A stretch of DNA of 63,844 nt, counting the filler, from Octopus bimaculoides (lineage: Eukaryota), in assembly GCF_001194135.2 (NCBI RefSeq). It is 5 parts of 5 records of this genome, joined end to end, with 100 filler letters (N's around TTAATTAATTAA, not from the genome) between each part and the next. Parts side by side here need not be neighbours in the genome. Positions count along the whole stretch, not along the records: positions 57,395 to 63,844 come from NC_068995.1; 4 more parts are not named here. One strand, 5' to 3'. This document shows positions 62,730-63,844 of the stretch, in pieces. Numbering within the stretch: the stretch's first letter is position 1; the number at the start of each line of letters is the position of its first letter. The notes beneath the pieces were generated by a model, which was not told where the DNA came from, ran no database searches, and worked only from the letters and a program-made list of their open reading frames with translations. Made by a program: the position numbers and the translations under genes.

Positions 62730-63844
<1,115 letters not shown>

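Overview
Eukaryotic, AT-rich, microsatellite-saturated draft genome with many N gaps. The SINE and microsatellite landscape looks like an octopus genome; this is recognition from memory, not a database result. Four 100-bp gaps carry a synthetic six-frame-stop linker (44N-TTAATTAATTAA-44N), so the window is five joined scaffold pieces. The first piece (1-22.7 kb) holds the 5' half of a + strand CCHCR1-like coiled-coil gene: nine phase-consistent exons at 7461-22343 plus a tentative ATG exon at 3146-3189, about 405 codons. Its introns hold an antisense, truncated CsRn1-type Ty3/Gypsy element, RTE-LINE 3' ends in alternating orientation, piggyBac- and Tc1-type MITEs and tRNA-derived SINEs. The rest is transposon debris: a Penelope-like RT fragment, mariner, maT and hAT transposase remnants, hAT MITEs with 8-bp TSDs, several palindromes and simple repeats. 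The most interesting signal is seven minimal type I hammerhead-ribozyme-like motifs from about four unrelated sequence families, most with a self-complementary stem III of the dimer-cleaving kind known from Penelope-like elements. One family sits inside a tRNA-headed, SINE-like element with Penelope-style inverted 5' ends. Every copy carries at least one departure from the canonical fold, so activity is unproven. No CRISPR array, rRNA or intact tRNA gene was found.
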